Notes: generated by a model not told the origin, from the sequence alone. A DNA stretch of 64,000 nucleotides from Octopus vulgaris (GCA_951406725.2 OX597817.1:27342001-27406000), one strand, 5' to 3'. Positions 42,426 through 56,089 are shown, counted from the first letter of the stretch. Numbers and translations: made by a program.

Positions 42426-44288
42426 ATCTTATAGTTTATAAATATAACTGCTTTTCACTTCCTGTTATGACTATTGCATTTGACATATTTGACTGAATAG
42501 AACATTTGCTACTACAAACACAGGAAATACATCATTGATAGTCTTAGACATTTCCTGCACAATTATTTTAAATTTATTTTTTAATGTTACTTATATTGAA
42601 TAGCGAAAACTGAATTGTGTGCCAGTAAATTTCTATTTATAATTTAAGGTGGTTTAAATTAGAGTTGCTAAATCAAATTAACTAGGGGTGTGTGTGAACG
42701 ATTTCATTTGAGCATTACGATGATAGTTCGCCGCTACAATAATAATTAGCAAGTAACTCTGTCATGTGAAATGTGATACAAAATGATTATTTGAAAGACG
42801 TAAATTACATAGCTGCTTGTTCAATTCTACTTCAGTTCTGATCAGGTATACTCATTACGTTTTGTACTCTATCCTATCAGTCATGGTTCAATCCCCATTA
42901 CGTTATCCAATTCCCATATGTTTCAAGATCACAGAATGCGATATGACCAATATTTCTAGCAATTAGACCGACGGTCTAGTCTTTACCTTATCGATTTGGA
43001 ACTAGCACGTTAGAGGCTCCTTGATATAGTCAAAGGAAACCTGTAGGGGTTCTCCTCTTTGCTTGAAGTGTGCATATCCTCAACTGTATATATTAACGAA
43101 ATATGTAGAACAGCCATAGTTTATTCAACAATCTAATGAGAATATTTCCTTGTGACACTCAGTAGAAGCCATGCTCCTCTACAGAATCCATTGTGAGGGA
43201 GTTCGAGTGGCTGTGCTTAAATCTCTATATAATGATCCTTGGCTCATATCAAGTGTTTTTACTAGACAAACACTGCAATACTTAAAATATAACATGGACA
43301 CTATTTATGACGTTGTATGGACGTCAAGAATAGTGGAATATGCTAACGATGTAAGACAGGAATTTGTATATTGAAGCAGTGAAATCTGGAGGAATTTATA
43401 AATGACTATGATATAGCTTTTAAACATATGTAATATCATTTCTGCTAGATCAAATGTTACAAGCTATCTTTAATTAATGAGTATTCAACAATATCAACAA
43501 AGGAAACGAACTCGGGGAGAAATGGTAGTTAGGAACTGCTTTGCGAAATGAAACCATCATTTTCGGACATGCCAAGAAGCATTTCTCGATTAGCCTAGTT
43601 ATTGCAATGAAAATCGATGATGAGTGTTTTTGACTATATCATGAGAGTGAATCGCATTTTACATATTAGGAACCAATACTAACAAAGTATTGCAATACTT
43701 TCACTAAAAATGAGAATACATTGAGCCAAAGAAGAACATAAGTCAAGGCAAAGATTGATATTTTCTGTTTCACTCAGTAATCCAGAGAAAGGAAACGAGA
43801 GCGAAAGAGAGAGCTAGTGAGTAAGAGACATAAATAGAAACTATGAAACAAAGAGATAACAAAAGTAAGAACCGAATGAACTTCGTATATTTGGAAAAAT
43901 TGCCCAGCTATAGCCTTTATCTGTTATCTTGAAACTTTGTAATTTGGTTACTGCTGTCATTCATATTTCATAAATAATATTCTTTATAACATCAGCATAC
44001 GATATTCTTTTAAAATAATATAATAAAACAAATGTGAAATACTGGGTCACATTGTTCTGCAAGTTACTGCTTGCTGTTATAGTTATACATTAGAAGCTTT
44101 ATAGATCTATGGTGGTTTGCAAAATGAGAACTTGTGAAGTAAAAGACTTATTTTATGAAATATAGCATCGAGTATGTAAAGTGAAATAACACCAGCCGTC
44201 AAATGATATTGAGATATGAGCAGAGCTTTCTGAGACTTCATATCACTCCTAGGTTATGCCCCAAATACAATCACTGTACCTAACAATA

Positions 44289-44860
44289 TGTTGTGAGGAC
44301 GCCCCCAGACGATGAAGTAGGCTAGCCCAATACATAGATATAGAGGAAGAAGTCCAGACGTCGGGAGTTGAGTAGAGGTCATCGGAACGTGCGATATAAC
44401 AGTGGTGACGAGGATGACATCTACTGTAATATCGCACGTTCCGATGACCTGTACTCAACTCATTTCTTTATTATCGGCATATAGCCTGAAAGTCGAGGGG
44501 ACAATACGAATACAGACAACACAAAACGTGGGGTACATAAAATGTATAATGACCTCTAATCAACTCCCGACGTCTAGCGGCGAGCTGGCAGAAACGTTAG
44601 CACGCCGGGCGAAATGCGTAGCCGTATTTCGTCTGCCGCTACGTTCTGGGTTCAAATTCCGCCGTGGTCGACTTTGCCTTTCATCCTTTCGGGGTCGATA
44701 AATTAAGCACCAGTTACGCACTGGGGTCGATGTAATCGACTTAATCCGTTTGTCTGTCCTCGTTTGTCCCCTCTGCGTTTAGCCCCTTGTGGGTAGTAAA
44801 GAAATATATATCTACGTATTGGGCTAGCCTACTTCATCGTCTGGGGGCCTCCACACAACA
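44289..44860. mobile_element. Foldback/MITE-like inverted-repeat structure interrupted by a SINE
   Basis: Left arm 44289-44382 is complementary to 44549-44575 plus 44806-44860; second internal IR 44365-44403 / 44423-44461. Confidence 0.8.
44577..44805 (+). mobile_element. SINE family A inserted in the right arm of the IR
   Basis: gcggcgagctggcagaaacg...cccttgtgggtagtaaagaaat; no TSD visible. Confidence 0.92.
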
Positions 44861-45289
44861 CAATAAAACATTGAACGCGTGGTGCTCTTCGCGAAAACGC
44901 GTGAGCCGTGAAAGGACACCATTATTATGGACAATAGTGTTTAGAATGATCTTGACTATGAATCATACTGTCCAAATGTCAATGCGTTCTCCAGCATGTT
45001 CAAACACTGACATTTAAAATAACCTCGTGAGTTTAATTTCACAAGTGCAAATATGTATTGCTGTGTCCATTTGTTTACTTACTCTTTGTTTTCTCAAACT
45101 TCCATGGTTAGAAATTGAAAATACCAGCACGAAGTAATATTTCATCCTGTCGTTAACGTCGTTATTTCCTTCATTCATGAATATAACAATTTAAGTAGAT
45201 TTGTTTTTATTTTATTTAACCCTGGATCACTGTGTAACATTTCAACTATATGAATTAAATATATATGGCAAGCTGCGTATACATACACA

Positions 45290-45552
<263 letters not shown>

Positions 45553-46260
45553 TCAGGCACATGCCGTCAGTAATTACTCAGGGTAGGCAGTTGGTGACCT
45601 TTATGCAGTAAAACACACAGAAAATAAGCGAATCACAGGCGCGCGACTGAATTGAATGCAGATTTACTTTTGCCTTTATAGCTGTAAAAAAAACGGTGTT
45701 GTAGGATTGGATGTAGCATGTGTACTACAGCAGTACTGTGCGTAGCCTAAATACTGAGATTGAAAAGCAATGGCGAATTATGCCTACCTAATCTACAAGA
45801 AAATGAAATATTTTGCATTTTATGCATAGTAATCAGAGTAAATATAATTTTATTGAAGTAGGTACATATCTTGCAATCAAAGGAAAATGGTGTTATCGAT
45901 CTACCTTACCTACCTAAGTGACACGTCCCTGATGTAAATATATTGCTATGTAATATCATGTGCTTTTGCCTCTGCAGTAATTACTAAGTCTACGCAAACA
46001 GATTATCTATTCAGTTATATAAAAGTACATTATACTTTATACAACACAACAGAGAAAAATGAATGATGTACAACATTTCTAACAGACTTATTGTGAGAAG
46101 TAGAGTAAATTTTATACTTCATCTATCAAGGAGATGGCAATTAAAACATGGGACATAGCTACGGCTAGAATTAAAGAATATATTCGTTCATATTTTGCAT
46201 ATATAATTCAACAGGGTTGAAATCGCAAACGTTCACTTTGTAGATTTGCTTACTTTATAT

Positions 46261-46641
46261 GGAAGCACTCCGTCGGTTACGACGACGAGAGTTCCGGTTG
46301 ATCCGAATCAATGGAACAGCCTGCTCGTGAAATTAACGTGTAAGTGACTGAGCACTCCACAGACACGTGTACCCTTAACGTAGTTCTCGGGGATATTCAG
46401 CGTGACACAGAGAGTGACAAGGCCGGCCCTTTGAAATACAGGTACAGCAGAAACAGGAAGTAAGAGTGAGAGAAAGTTGTGGTGAAAGAGTACAGCAGGG
46501 ATCACCACTATCCCCTGCCGGAGCTTCGTGGAGCTTTAGGTGTTTTCGCTCAATAAACACTCACAACACCCGGTCTGGGAATCGAAACCACGATCCTATG
46601 ACCGCGAGTCCTCTGCCCTAACCACTGGGCCATTGCGCCTC
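46261..46641 (-). mobile_element. SINE family C, full length
   Basis: Near identical to 11378-11771; 9-bp TSD actttatat at 46252-46260 and 46642-46650. Confidence 0.93.
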
Positions 46642-47520
46642 ACTTTATATACATGCTTGATGTCAACTTCTTTCTGAGGAAGGGCAAAAATATAGTAGTC
46701 GTATAGTGAATAGGACTAAAAATATCGAATTCATTAAATAAGTAGGGATAGAAATATAAAAGTAGTTTACTTTGTTCGTTCTTTATGAAATAAGCTTTTC
46801 TGTTGACAAGAAAGCAAGACAGCGTCTAAAATATAAGTAAGTTCATAAATATTACTGACTTTGTATAAGCATTAAATTATTTTGGAAACGTTGGGAATCT
46901 AATACAAGACACCTTGAGCAAGTCATGATCATATGTATTTTATGTAAAATAATTTTCAAAATTTAGATATAATGAAATTCTTCACGAATTAAAAAAGATT
47001 TATCAGAAACAAATCGCATTATAAGCTAGCAAAATCTCGTTAAATGATGCTAAGGGATTACGTTCACACATATGTATGACAGATTGCACACACAGACATG
47101 AAAGCACACATATACGCACATGCAGACGCATACATACATATACACCACACACATGTATACACGTACGCAAGTATACACTCATACGCAAACACAAACACAC
47201 ATACACGCCGCACACATATAAATGCAGGTATGTATCTGTCCGTATATTTCAAAATATTGTTAGTGGTTACATTTATTTAAGAAACAAAATGTGCACCTAC
47301 GTTAAACCTATATCTTACGCGTCGTGAAATATTACTAACATTTCATAACAAGGTAGTAACGTCAATATTATATTGGAAGATGGTCAAAGATCCCTAGGTT
47401 GTTCTGTCTTCAATATTCCTTGTGAATAAAAACATGTACAGTTACCAAAATGTCTATGCATCCTACGTTACAGTATACAGTATGATATGGGTTCTTTCTG
47501 TTAAACCGCAAAGAAAATAC

Positions 47521-47582
47521 AAAATATGAATAGAACATTATGCATAATTATATCAGCATCTATATCTACCTCTCTATCTGTC

Positions 47583-47633
<51 letters not shown>

Positions 47634-47850
47634 CGAAATATGAATAGAAAGATATATACAAATATATCAGTATCTATCTACATCTCTAGCTATCTTACAG
47701 AGAAGGAGAGAGAGAGAAAGAGAGAAAGAGAGAGAGAATGCAAAGTATAATAGAATATCATGCACAAATATATCAGTATCTATCTACTTATTTATCTGTC
47801 TTACAGAGAAAGAGAGAGAGAGAGAGAAGTAAGAGAGGGAAGAGAAATAG
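47521..47850 (+). repeat. Three ~110-bp diverged tandem units, each ending in (GA)n
   Basis: aatagaa...aaatatatcagtatctatctac...tcttacagagag repeated three times. Confidence 0.8.
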
Positions 47851-47875
47851 CGATGAAATTAGAGACATCTGGAAT

Positions 47876-48075
47876 ATTGGTTTAAAATTTTGACACAAGC
47901 CCAGGAGAAAGGATAATCGATTACATCAGTGTTCAACTGATACTTACTTTATCGACCCCGAAAGAATGAAAGGCAAAGTTGGCCCTGGTAGCACTTGAAA
48001 TCAGAACATAATATCTGAAGAAATGCCACTAAGCATTTTCTCCGGCACGGTAACGACTCCGCCAGCTCACCGCCT
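47876..48075 (-). mobile_element. SINE family A' (diverged)
   Basis: attggtttaaaattttgacacaag...tttatcgaccccgaaagaatgaaaggcaaag...gccagctcaccgcc. Confidence 0.8.
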
Positions 48076-49431
48076 TAGCCCCCTGAAATATTGAATAATG
48101 ATAACGTTGCATAGAGTTGTGGGACAAAACGGAACTTCCTGATATGAACCGGTATACCACAGCGCGACGGACTATTCATTCAGCAAAACGTCTGTTCACA
48201 ATATGTTTACTAAAGAAACTGAGTATAATATTTCTAAAATAAAGACTAAAGAAGTAAAATATAAAAAAAGAGAGGAATGAATTTAAACTACATCAAAGAA
48301 TTCTAAACTGGAATTAATTAATCACAGTTTTTAAAAAACTTTGATGAATAAAAACTTCACAACGTTTTTGAAATTGTGAAAACAATCGATTAGACTGATT
48401 GACAAGGTAGCGTGAAAATTGTAGTTATTGGCTGTGTGATTCGATTTATGATAGTAGATGAATATTTGATGGTTGCAGGGAAGAGATGAAAACATAGATT
48501 TTTTTCTCCTCACAGACAATTTGTTACAACTACAGACTGAAGTAAACAAACCATGCGTAAAGAAAGAATCTGGATTGTGAAAACAACCCCCAGAGACATA
48601 ATTCTACTACAAGGCATTCGTGAAGTCCTGATACAGAATAATATTAACGTTTGACCAGGATATGATTTCATAAACCTAAAGAAGAGAGGAATGAGAGTTA
48701 TGAGCTCCATATCAAAAGGGAATTATAGGCTTAAATAAGTTATGATTGTTTTTATTTGGTAAAATCAGTTCACTTTAAGGTCACCTCACTATATTAGAAC
48801 TACACTGTTCATATGCAAAATGATATGAAATTTTATACTAGAAAACAGCAACCCCCTAACAGTTGTTTTCATGTACATGTGTGTGCTTCGTGTGTTACTG
48901 TGAATTATATCTACGTATTACGCATTTAAACACATAGAAATTTACGTATGGATTATATGATTATTAAAATTATAGACATCCAATACGTGTGTTACCATAA
49001 AGCACCACTAGCGACCAAGATTAACTTTTCTCTTTTCTTGAAGCCAGTAACACTTTCTTCAATCATTATTTTTCAGCTGTCAATGCTGTGGTTTACTCAT
49101 TTAAATTGCATGGCATTTTCTCTTCTACATGAGAACAATTGCAAGCAAATATTAAAAATATGTCGGTTTTAGTATTTGACGTGGCTCAGTTGGGAATTTG
49201 TAAAGAGTCGATCCAGTCACGATCAGTAAAATACGATTAACAAACATGTAAGGGAAACGTGGCCAAATGGATGTTTCCTAGATTTGACGACACAGCATTG
49301 GCACCGTGTCTCCGTGATATTACTACAGGATTTTGCTACTGGTACCTTAATTATGACAATTTTATATACGTTGATTGTAATCAATGAGTGAATCCAAAAT
49401 GAATGGTCTTCTTTTTGTCTTGTGACCTCGT

Positions 49432-49617
49432 GTGTACCGGTGGCGATTATTTTTCCTCTGTCTTCCCTTCTCTGGATCTTTCCTTCCCCTATGTTTCCGA
49501 CGAAGAGCTCCGATCGAAACGTTAAACCCTCCTTCTTTCCTTGTTTCCTGAGCATCCAATAATACTATATTTGTTCCACGTCCTCGCGTTGTGATTTTTG
49601 TGCTTTCTTGTTTGGAT

Positions 49618-49622
<5 letters not shown>
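49432..49622 (+). mobile_element. Family E Penelope-type element, second copy, ending at (TA)n
   Basis: Matches 22938-23121. Confidence 0.8.
49493..49527 (+). ncRNA. Hammerhead-like motif, CCGACGA core (one stem II mismatch)
   Basis: guuu CCGACGA A gagc-ucc-gauc GAAA CGUU aaac. Confidence 0.55.
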
Positions 49623-49661
<39 letters not shown>

Positions 49662-50320
49662 AAGAGACAGACAGACAAAAAGAAAGATAGTTACATATAT
49701 ATATATCATATATATATGTTTATATGCATATGTATATATGCGTATGAGCATGTGTTTTATTTTAGATATTCTACCAATATCACATATATCTTATGCATAA
49801 AAGATATGTGGTTTATAATTTCTATATAGGAACGCTGCCATATTTAATAGTATAGATTTAACATGCAAAACACGTAAATACACCTGTATACCCGATTACA
49901 CACACTCACTCACACACACAAATACACACACATACTCCATACCACATGCTGAATGGGAAAACATGATGCTTCTCCTGATAAGTATCATAGATAATGAAAC
50001 ACTTAGAACCTTTGCACTTTTCGCAGCTCCGACTATTATAAGAACTCCATTTCTACATCATTGTTCACCTGACCTGACATGTGTTCGAATGTTACGACAT
50101 CGTACACTTAATTAAAGAATTTAGTACGATGGAATGAGATTGTATGTTAACATAGTTATATTGTTTTGTTTTTTCGCTTTGTTTCTTTTTGAAACGTTTC
50201 AAAAGGTTTTCTTGACTGAATATCTTTTGATTTCGGTTCCAAAATCTTAACAATGAAATGAAATCAGTTACATAATCGATCCATTCGAACAAATGTGACA
50301 GTGTAACAGAACTCTCAATG

Positions 50321-50428
50321 TCCTTTCCTACTTTAGGTACAAGGCCCGAAGTATCTGGGGTGGGGGCCAGTCGATTAGACCGACGCCAGTACGCAACTGG
50401 TACTTAATTTCTCGACCCCGAAAGAATG
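50321..50428 (-). mobile_element. SINE family A' 3' half
   Basis: taggtacaaggcccgaa...gtcgattagaccgac...ggtacttaatttctcgaccccgaaagaatg. Confidence 0.8.
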
Positions 50429-50434
50429 TATATA

Positions 50435-51632
50435 TATATATTTACAGCCATCATAAAATATCGCCTGATACCCTGTGATATTATGCTTATAACTAACCAG
50501 AAGGGAAGGATAAAACAATGGTAAAGTAAATGGTCACCTTTTGGGGAATTATCTCTAAAATAAATACTAAAATAATATTTATTAACGATAGAAGCAGTAT
50601 TAATATCAAAGTGCAATAATTTATTCCCACTTATGTATGTATATACGCGGGCTTCTTTTCAATTTCCGTCTACCAAACCCACGCAAAAGGCTTTGGATTG
50701 CTATGGTAGAAGACACTTGCCCAAGTTGCTATGCAGTGACTGAGCCCGCAACTATGTAGTTGGTAAGATTCTTACCACACAGCCGCGGCTGTGCCTAGAT
50801 AATTGTTACAAATCATCTGCTCAATATTTTTGCAAATGCCTCGAAATTGCCAGCGCCCTAGTGACGTTGTGCTAGCTCTAGCCTATAAAATGTATCCTCA
50901 ATATGATACTAAAACTAACATTATTACCTTATTCCATAAAGCGCGTAAATTATATATATATATATATACATATATATATGAAATCAAAAGGAAACAAGAG
51001 ATAGCAGAAAAATCCAATATGACAGTTTCGCTCATGGTAACTACCGCAATAACCAGCGTTATTTTTAAGGTTATACAACACCCACTTTTAAGTGGGAACA
51101 AATATTACTCTGTGATATTAATAGTGCTTCTGATACTAATAATTAGCTTTTAATAAAACCTCTACCTGTTTGCAACACAAGTTCCTTATTAGACACTGAG
51201 ATTCTAGGTAATTCCGTAGTAGGAACAGCGGTATCTTTAGCGCCCGAAATTCTACCATCGACAAGGTCAGGGAACGCCAAAATCACGTGATCTGATAATC
51301 TCAGCACTAGTGATGCCGGAGACTTATGTCTCGCAAGCGATATATAAAAAAGTGTGTATAGGCACCAAAAACCAATATGGGAGTTTCAGTAACTACCGCA
51401 GTATTCCGTGTTCCAACACAACATGTACTTTTAAGTGGGAATAAATTTATTATACTTTGATATTAATACTGCTTTCTGTCGTTAATAAATATTATTTTAG
51501 TATTTATTTTAGAGATAATTCCCCAAAAGGAAACCATTTACTTTACCACTGTTTTATCCTTCCCTTCTGGTTAGTTATAAGCATAATATCACAGGCTATC
51601 AGGCGATATTTTATGATGGCTGTAAATATATA
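50435..51632. repeat. ~200-bp inverted repeat pair (50435-50633 / 51432-51632)
   Basis: tatatatttacagccatcataaaatatcgcctgata...ttattcccactta is the reverse complement of taagtgggaataa...tatcaggcgatattttatgatggctgtaaatatata with few differences. Confidence 0.92.
50634..50797 (-). mobile_element. SINE family B 5' half
   Basis: gggcttcttttcaatttccgtctaccaaa...gacacttgcccaag...cttaccacacagccgc. Confidence 0.8.
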
Positions 51633-52875
51633 ATGTTGTGAGTCATAGTATTCAAAAAATGGATCACCTTCCTTCACTAGTTTATGCTCAAGGCTATAAA
51701 AACTGCTTTCAAAATGTCTGTCAATGTAGTATTTATTTTTTGCTTGATCATCCTTGTGCTATCACAAATGACATCAACGAGATCAACATTCCAGCGAGAG
51801 CAGACTACGCTTAGACTGCAATATATGTACAAGAAATCCGTTGATGCAGAAGAGCTATTAGCTTTTATTTTAGCATAATGAATAGTTAAAGCATAAATAA
51901 ATATTTGTAAAATAAAGGTTACATTTAAAGAAATGTGTCTATAATTATGGTGGATGTAATTCAAATCTTAGAAAAATTTTCAATATCCTAAAATTAACTG
52001 AACAGTATTAAATTCATTAAGACATGCTCGAGAACATTAGTAGAATTAAAGTAGTGAGTGTTTATTTTCAACATTTCGTTTCGTATTTTACTCCCCAGGT
52101 TATACCTTCAAATAACTAATTATATGTCGATGTTTTGTAATTAGCTAAAGGACTACAAAATTTGCATAAATAATGGATGAACGGTTATTAATGAGTTTCA
52201 AGAGAGAACATTTAACGTTTAGATAATTGTAATACACTACCGTATAGGTTTATGCCTTATGGTGTGGAGAACGCTACTCCATCAGATCTTGAATGTGATA
52301 ACTATATCTGTATACCATCACCGAGTTAGTATTTAATAGAATGATTCGACACATGTTTTTAAACAGTTAGACTTCAATAATGAGTTATCACATGAGTTCG
52401 TTGTTACATGAAATATTTGTTGACCGTCACTGCAGTGTTTCCCGGGATTTAAGAGCGCCTATATAGAGTAATTATACTGGTTACGTTTATGCAACAGCGA
52501 TTTCTATATAGCATCGCAATGCATACGATAGGAACGGAATTATTGCATACGCAGTAACAGCTCTTAAAAATAAGTAGAAGCCAAACTTACTACCAACTTA
52601 TGTAGATTTCCTTAGAAAATCTTACTCGGTTTTTCCCTTTGAGATTCACAGTTTTTCAAGCTAAGATTTTGAGTACTTAACATTTTTGTCTGACTTCCCT
52701 CTCTCACAAAAAATGATGCAATGTTGTGGAGTATTTGTTTTAGAGTTGTGTTGTCAAAATAAGATTACATCGTGGAGGGATATGAAACATCACTTCTAAA
52801 CGAAAAACATCACATAATTTGTTTTCATAAAATTGCTCGTTATATTTATGGTTTTATGTTCGAAATCGACATCAC

Positions 52876-53236
52876 AGGCGCAGGAGTGGTTGTGTGATAA
52901 GTAGCTTGCTTACCAACCACACGGTTCCGGGTTCAGTCCCACTGCGTGGAAACTTGGGCAAGTGTCTTCTACTATAGCCTTGGGCCGACCAAAGCCTTGT
53001 GAGTGGATTTGGTAGACGGAAACTAAAAGAAGCCAGTCGTATATATATAAGTATTTGTGTTTGTGTGTCTGTGTTTCTTACCCACAATCACTTGACAACC
53101 GATTTTGGGTTGTTTACATCCCAGTAGCTTAGCAATTTGGCAAATGAAGATGATAGAATAAGTCCTGTGGTCGATTTGTTCGATAACGACGGTGCTCCAC
53201 GCATGGCCGCAGTCAAATGACTGAAACGAAAAAAGG
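52876..53236 (+). mobile_element. SINE family B
   Basis: aggcgcaggagtggttgtgtgataag...ccgggttcagtccc...gcagtcaaatgactgaaac. Confidence 0.9.
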
Positions 53237-53298
53237 AATAAATGAATATATACATACACACATACACACAGAAATCTGTCCCCTCTCTCCTCTCTCTC

Positions 53299-53351
<53 letters not shown>

Positions 53352-53445
53352 TATATATATATACATATATTAATAAATTTCAGGGTAGTAAAATATTATT
53401 TAGAAATTTTTTTACCACTGTGGCCTAGCGTGTAGCTAGCTAATA

Positions 53446-53486
<41 letters not shown>

Positions 53487-53623
53487 AAAACTTATATATA
53501 AAATGTACAAAAGGGACAAGAACGCCAACTAGACAAAGAGACGATACAAAAATCAGACAGGTCATTCGAAGCCTCTAATCTTCAGTCAGGAACGGGATCA
53601 TCATATTGTAACGTACCCTTTCT

Positions 53624-53696
<73 letters not shown>

Positions 53697-53700
53697 GTAT

Positions 53701-53945
53701 GTATCGTGCTCTTTCTGCCCTTCTATGTACATCGGCCAAATGGGACGCCGCTTGGCTGACCGGGTCGCGGTGCACCTCCGAGATATCAGACTTGGCGAGG
53801 ACACTCCGGTCTCACGCCATTTCCGCTCTACCAGTCATTCACTACAACACCTGCCTGTGATCGGGTTGTCTTTGCACAGGGGTCATCTGGACTTCCGCCT
53901 TCACTGTAAGCAGGAATTAATCTCTCTTCGCTTCTTTGCTCCACA
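53701..53945 (+). pseudogene. Penelope-like element GIY-YIG endonuclease remnant
   Basis: SCSFCPSMYIGQMGRRLADRVAVHLRDIRLGEDTPVSRHFRSTSHSLQHLPVIGL..RLHCKQELISL..AP: CxxC, YIG, R, H..H pattern of PLE endonucleases; starts abruptly at a (TA)n/(TATG)n tract and is followed by a degenerate HHR (53986-54019) and (TA)n. Confidence 0.88.
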
Positions 53946-54084
53946 AGTTTTCTTTTCCTTTCTCTCTGTTTATTTCCTCGTATTCCTTTCTGTTGAGTGT
54001 AGGCTGGAAACGTAAAAGACAAATTATTACACCTGCTTGCAGTTAATACACCTGCCTTCGTCTTTTGTTTTTCTTTAAATTTCA

Positions 54085-54167
<83 letters not shown>

Positions 54168-54313
54168 GTATATATGTATGTATGTATGTATATATAAACA
54201 TCAAGTAAGGCTAATCTACGAATTAAAGTAGTACCCCTTTAAAATCCCTGATCTGCAATACCAATCTCTTAGAGAAATTCCTCTGTACGGAGTACAATCG
54301 CGTTATAAGTAGG

Positions 54314-54670
54314 ATGAACCCACAGGTTAACTGCAAGGTTAGGAATGCAGTGCATAGCTTACGACGTACTGAGGGACGGTGCAGACATATGACAACAAAC
54401 TACATAGAAGAGACTACATGCAGCATAAGAGAGCGTATAGGTGGACAATGGCAAAAGCTCGAAGAAGGAAAAAGCTCGTCAGTGTTCTACCAACATGCTT
54501 AGGCAGAACATGGAGGCTCGATTAATAGTATAGAGGTTAAGCTGCTATCGACACATCGAACTGATATGACACGTAGACAGATTACAGAGGCTACATACAT
54601 AACAGTAGACAAACTGAATCTCAATAGAAAATATGAATGGAATAGTAACACTCACCACCATACCACATAG
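54314..54670 (+). pseudogene. Second, unrelated Penelope-like GIY-YIG remnant
   Basis: NCKVRNAVHSLRRTEGRC..NYIEETTCSIRERIGG..VFYQHA*AEHGG..IEVKLL..DMTRRQITEATYI..LNLNRKYEW (one in-frame stop at 54500). Confidence 0.8.
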
Positions 54671-54870
54671 CTAAAAACAGTAGGGATGTTAAGAGAGAGG
54701 GAAAAAGGAAAAATCTTAAATAATACACAGAAAGATACAGAGTAGTACATCACAATAGACATATTGTGACACTTATAAGAAAAAGAGATAGATGTATAAA
54801 AAAGTATATAAATCGCGTTTTTTTTTCTGTGTATCTATCTATCTATCTATCTATATATATATATATATAT

Positions 54871-55024
54871 ATCGTGTTTTTTTCTGTGTATCTTTCTGTT
54901 GAAGAGCGTAGGCTCGAAACGTAAAAGACTTGTTTTATTTATATTCCTGAGCGCCATACTAATACAATTGATTGTTTGTACTCCACCTGCCTTCGTCTTT
55001 TGTTTATTTATATAAAGCTTCCCG

Positions 55025-55026
<2 letters not shown>
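54871..55026 (+). mobile_element. Family D Penelope-type terminal-repeat element between (TA)n tracts
   Basis: Matches 59828-60030 (minus) and 53960-54088; ends cttcccgt(TA)n. Confidence 0.82.
54891..54928 (+). ncRNA. Hammerhead-like motif, CUGUUGA core
   Basis: ucuuu CUGUUGA A gagc-guag-gcuc GAAA CGUA aaaga. Confidence 0.62.
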
Positions 55027-55082
<56 letters not shown>

Positions 55083-55359
55083 AACGATGAATAGCCTTCG
55101 CGTAAACCAATTGGTTTGTTTTGTTCTCTTACTTTATTATTATTATCATCTTATAATCATCACATAATAATGACCTTTATGACTCGTATTACTACCCCAG
55201 TCAATCTAAATGTATATATTTGTCACTTCCTGTCATAAATAGCCTTTTTCTATCTGCAATATGCATTTTCGTTGATTTTTCATATTTTACCCTTACATCT
55301 CCACGTGTATTTTATATTTTCTTTTCGTAACATATTTCTACTATATATTTATATATGTA

Positions 55360-55378
55360 TATATATATATATAAAGAG

Positions 55379-55437
<59 letters not shown>

Positions 55438-55457
55438 GAGATAGATAGATAGATATA
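55360..55457. repeat. (GATA)n tetranucleotide repeat
   Basis: Direct reading. Confidence 0.96.
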
Positions 55458-56087
55458 TCTTCCACATACCTGTGATAAATGTAAGACAAAGGTAGATAAA
55501 ATAAATAAATAAAAGTATATAAAGGACATGGATACATACGAAGTGAACCCATACGCACACACACATGAAACTTCATGGACGGCCATAACGATGTAAACAG
55601 CACAACTAACACAGTCAGCAGCAGCGGCGGTGTCAGCGATGGCAATAACAGCAACAACAACTACCACGATTGCAAGACCGCGGGCGAACACACATACACA
55701 GAGGAATACACAGAGGTGTACCATATTTCTCTTTTCGGGTCGTAGAACGGCAGCAACACAACGGGGTGAGAGGATGGTGCTGAGGGAAAGGCTACACTGC
55801 TGCTAAAAACTATGAGACACACACAAGCATACAATCACACATACACGCACGCACACACACGCAAACAAACAAGGACATAAACGCATGCGCACATAAGCGT
55901 ACACGTCTTAGAAGAACAGAATAGAATAATTGGAGCGAGAACACACACGAAAACGAAAAGCGTCTCTGAAGAGGTCACAGATGTGTGACGAAAGATTTCC
56001 GAGTAATGGACTTGAGTTAAGATAATAAAATAAGAATAGTAATAAACGAGTGAAGAAAAAAAGATATAGAGCGTGGAAGAAAAATAA

Positions 56088-56089
<2 letters not shown>

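Noticed and set aside
51010-51080. Minus-strand GAAACUGUC after a gcu/agc stem
   Set aside because: No CUGANGA-like core at the required position
53560-53600. Minus-strand CTGAAGA...GAATG
   Set aside because: No GAAA and no stem II pairing
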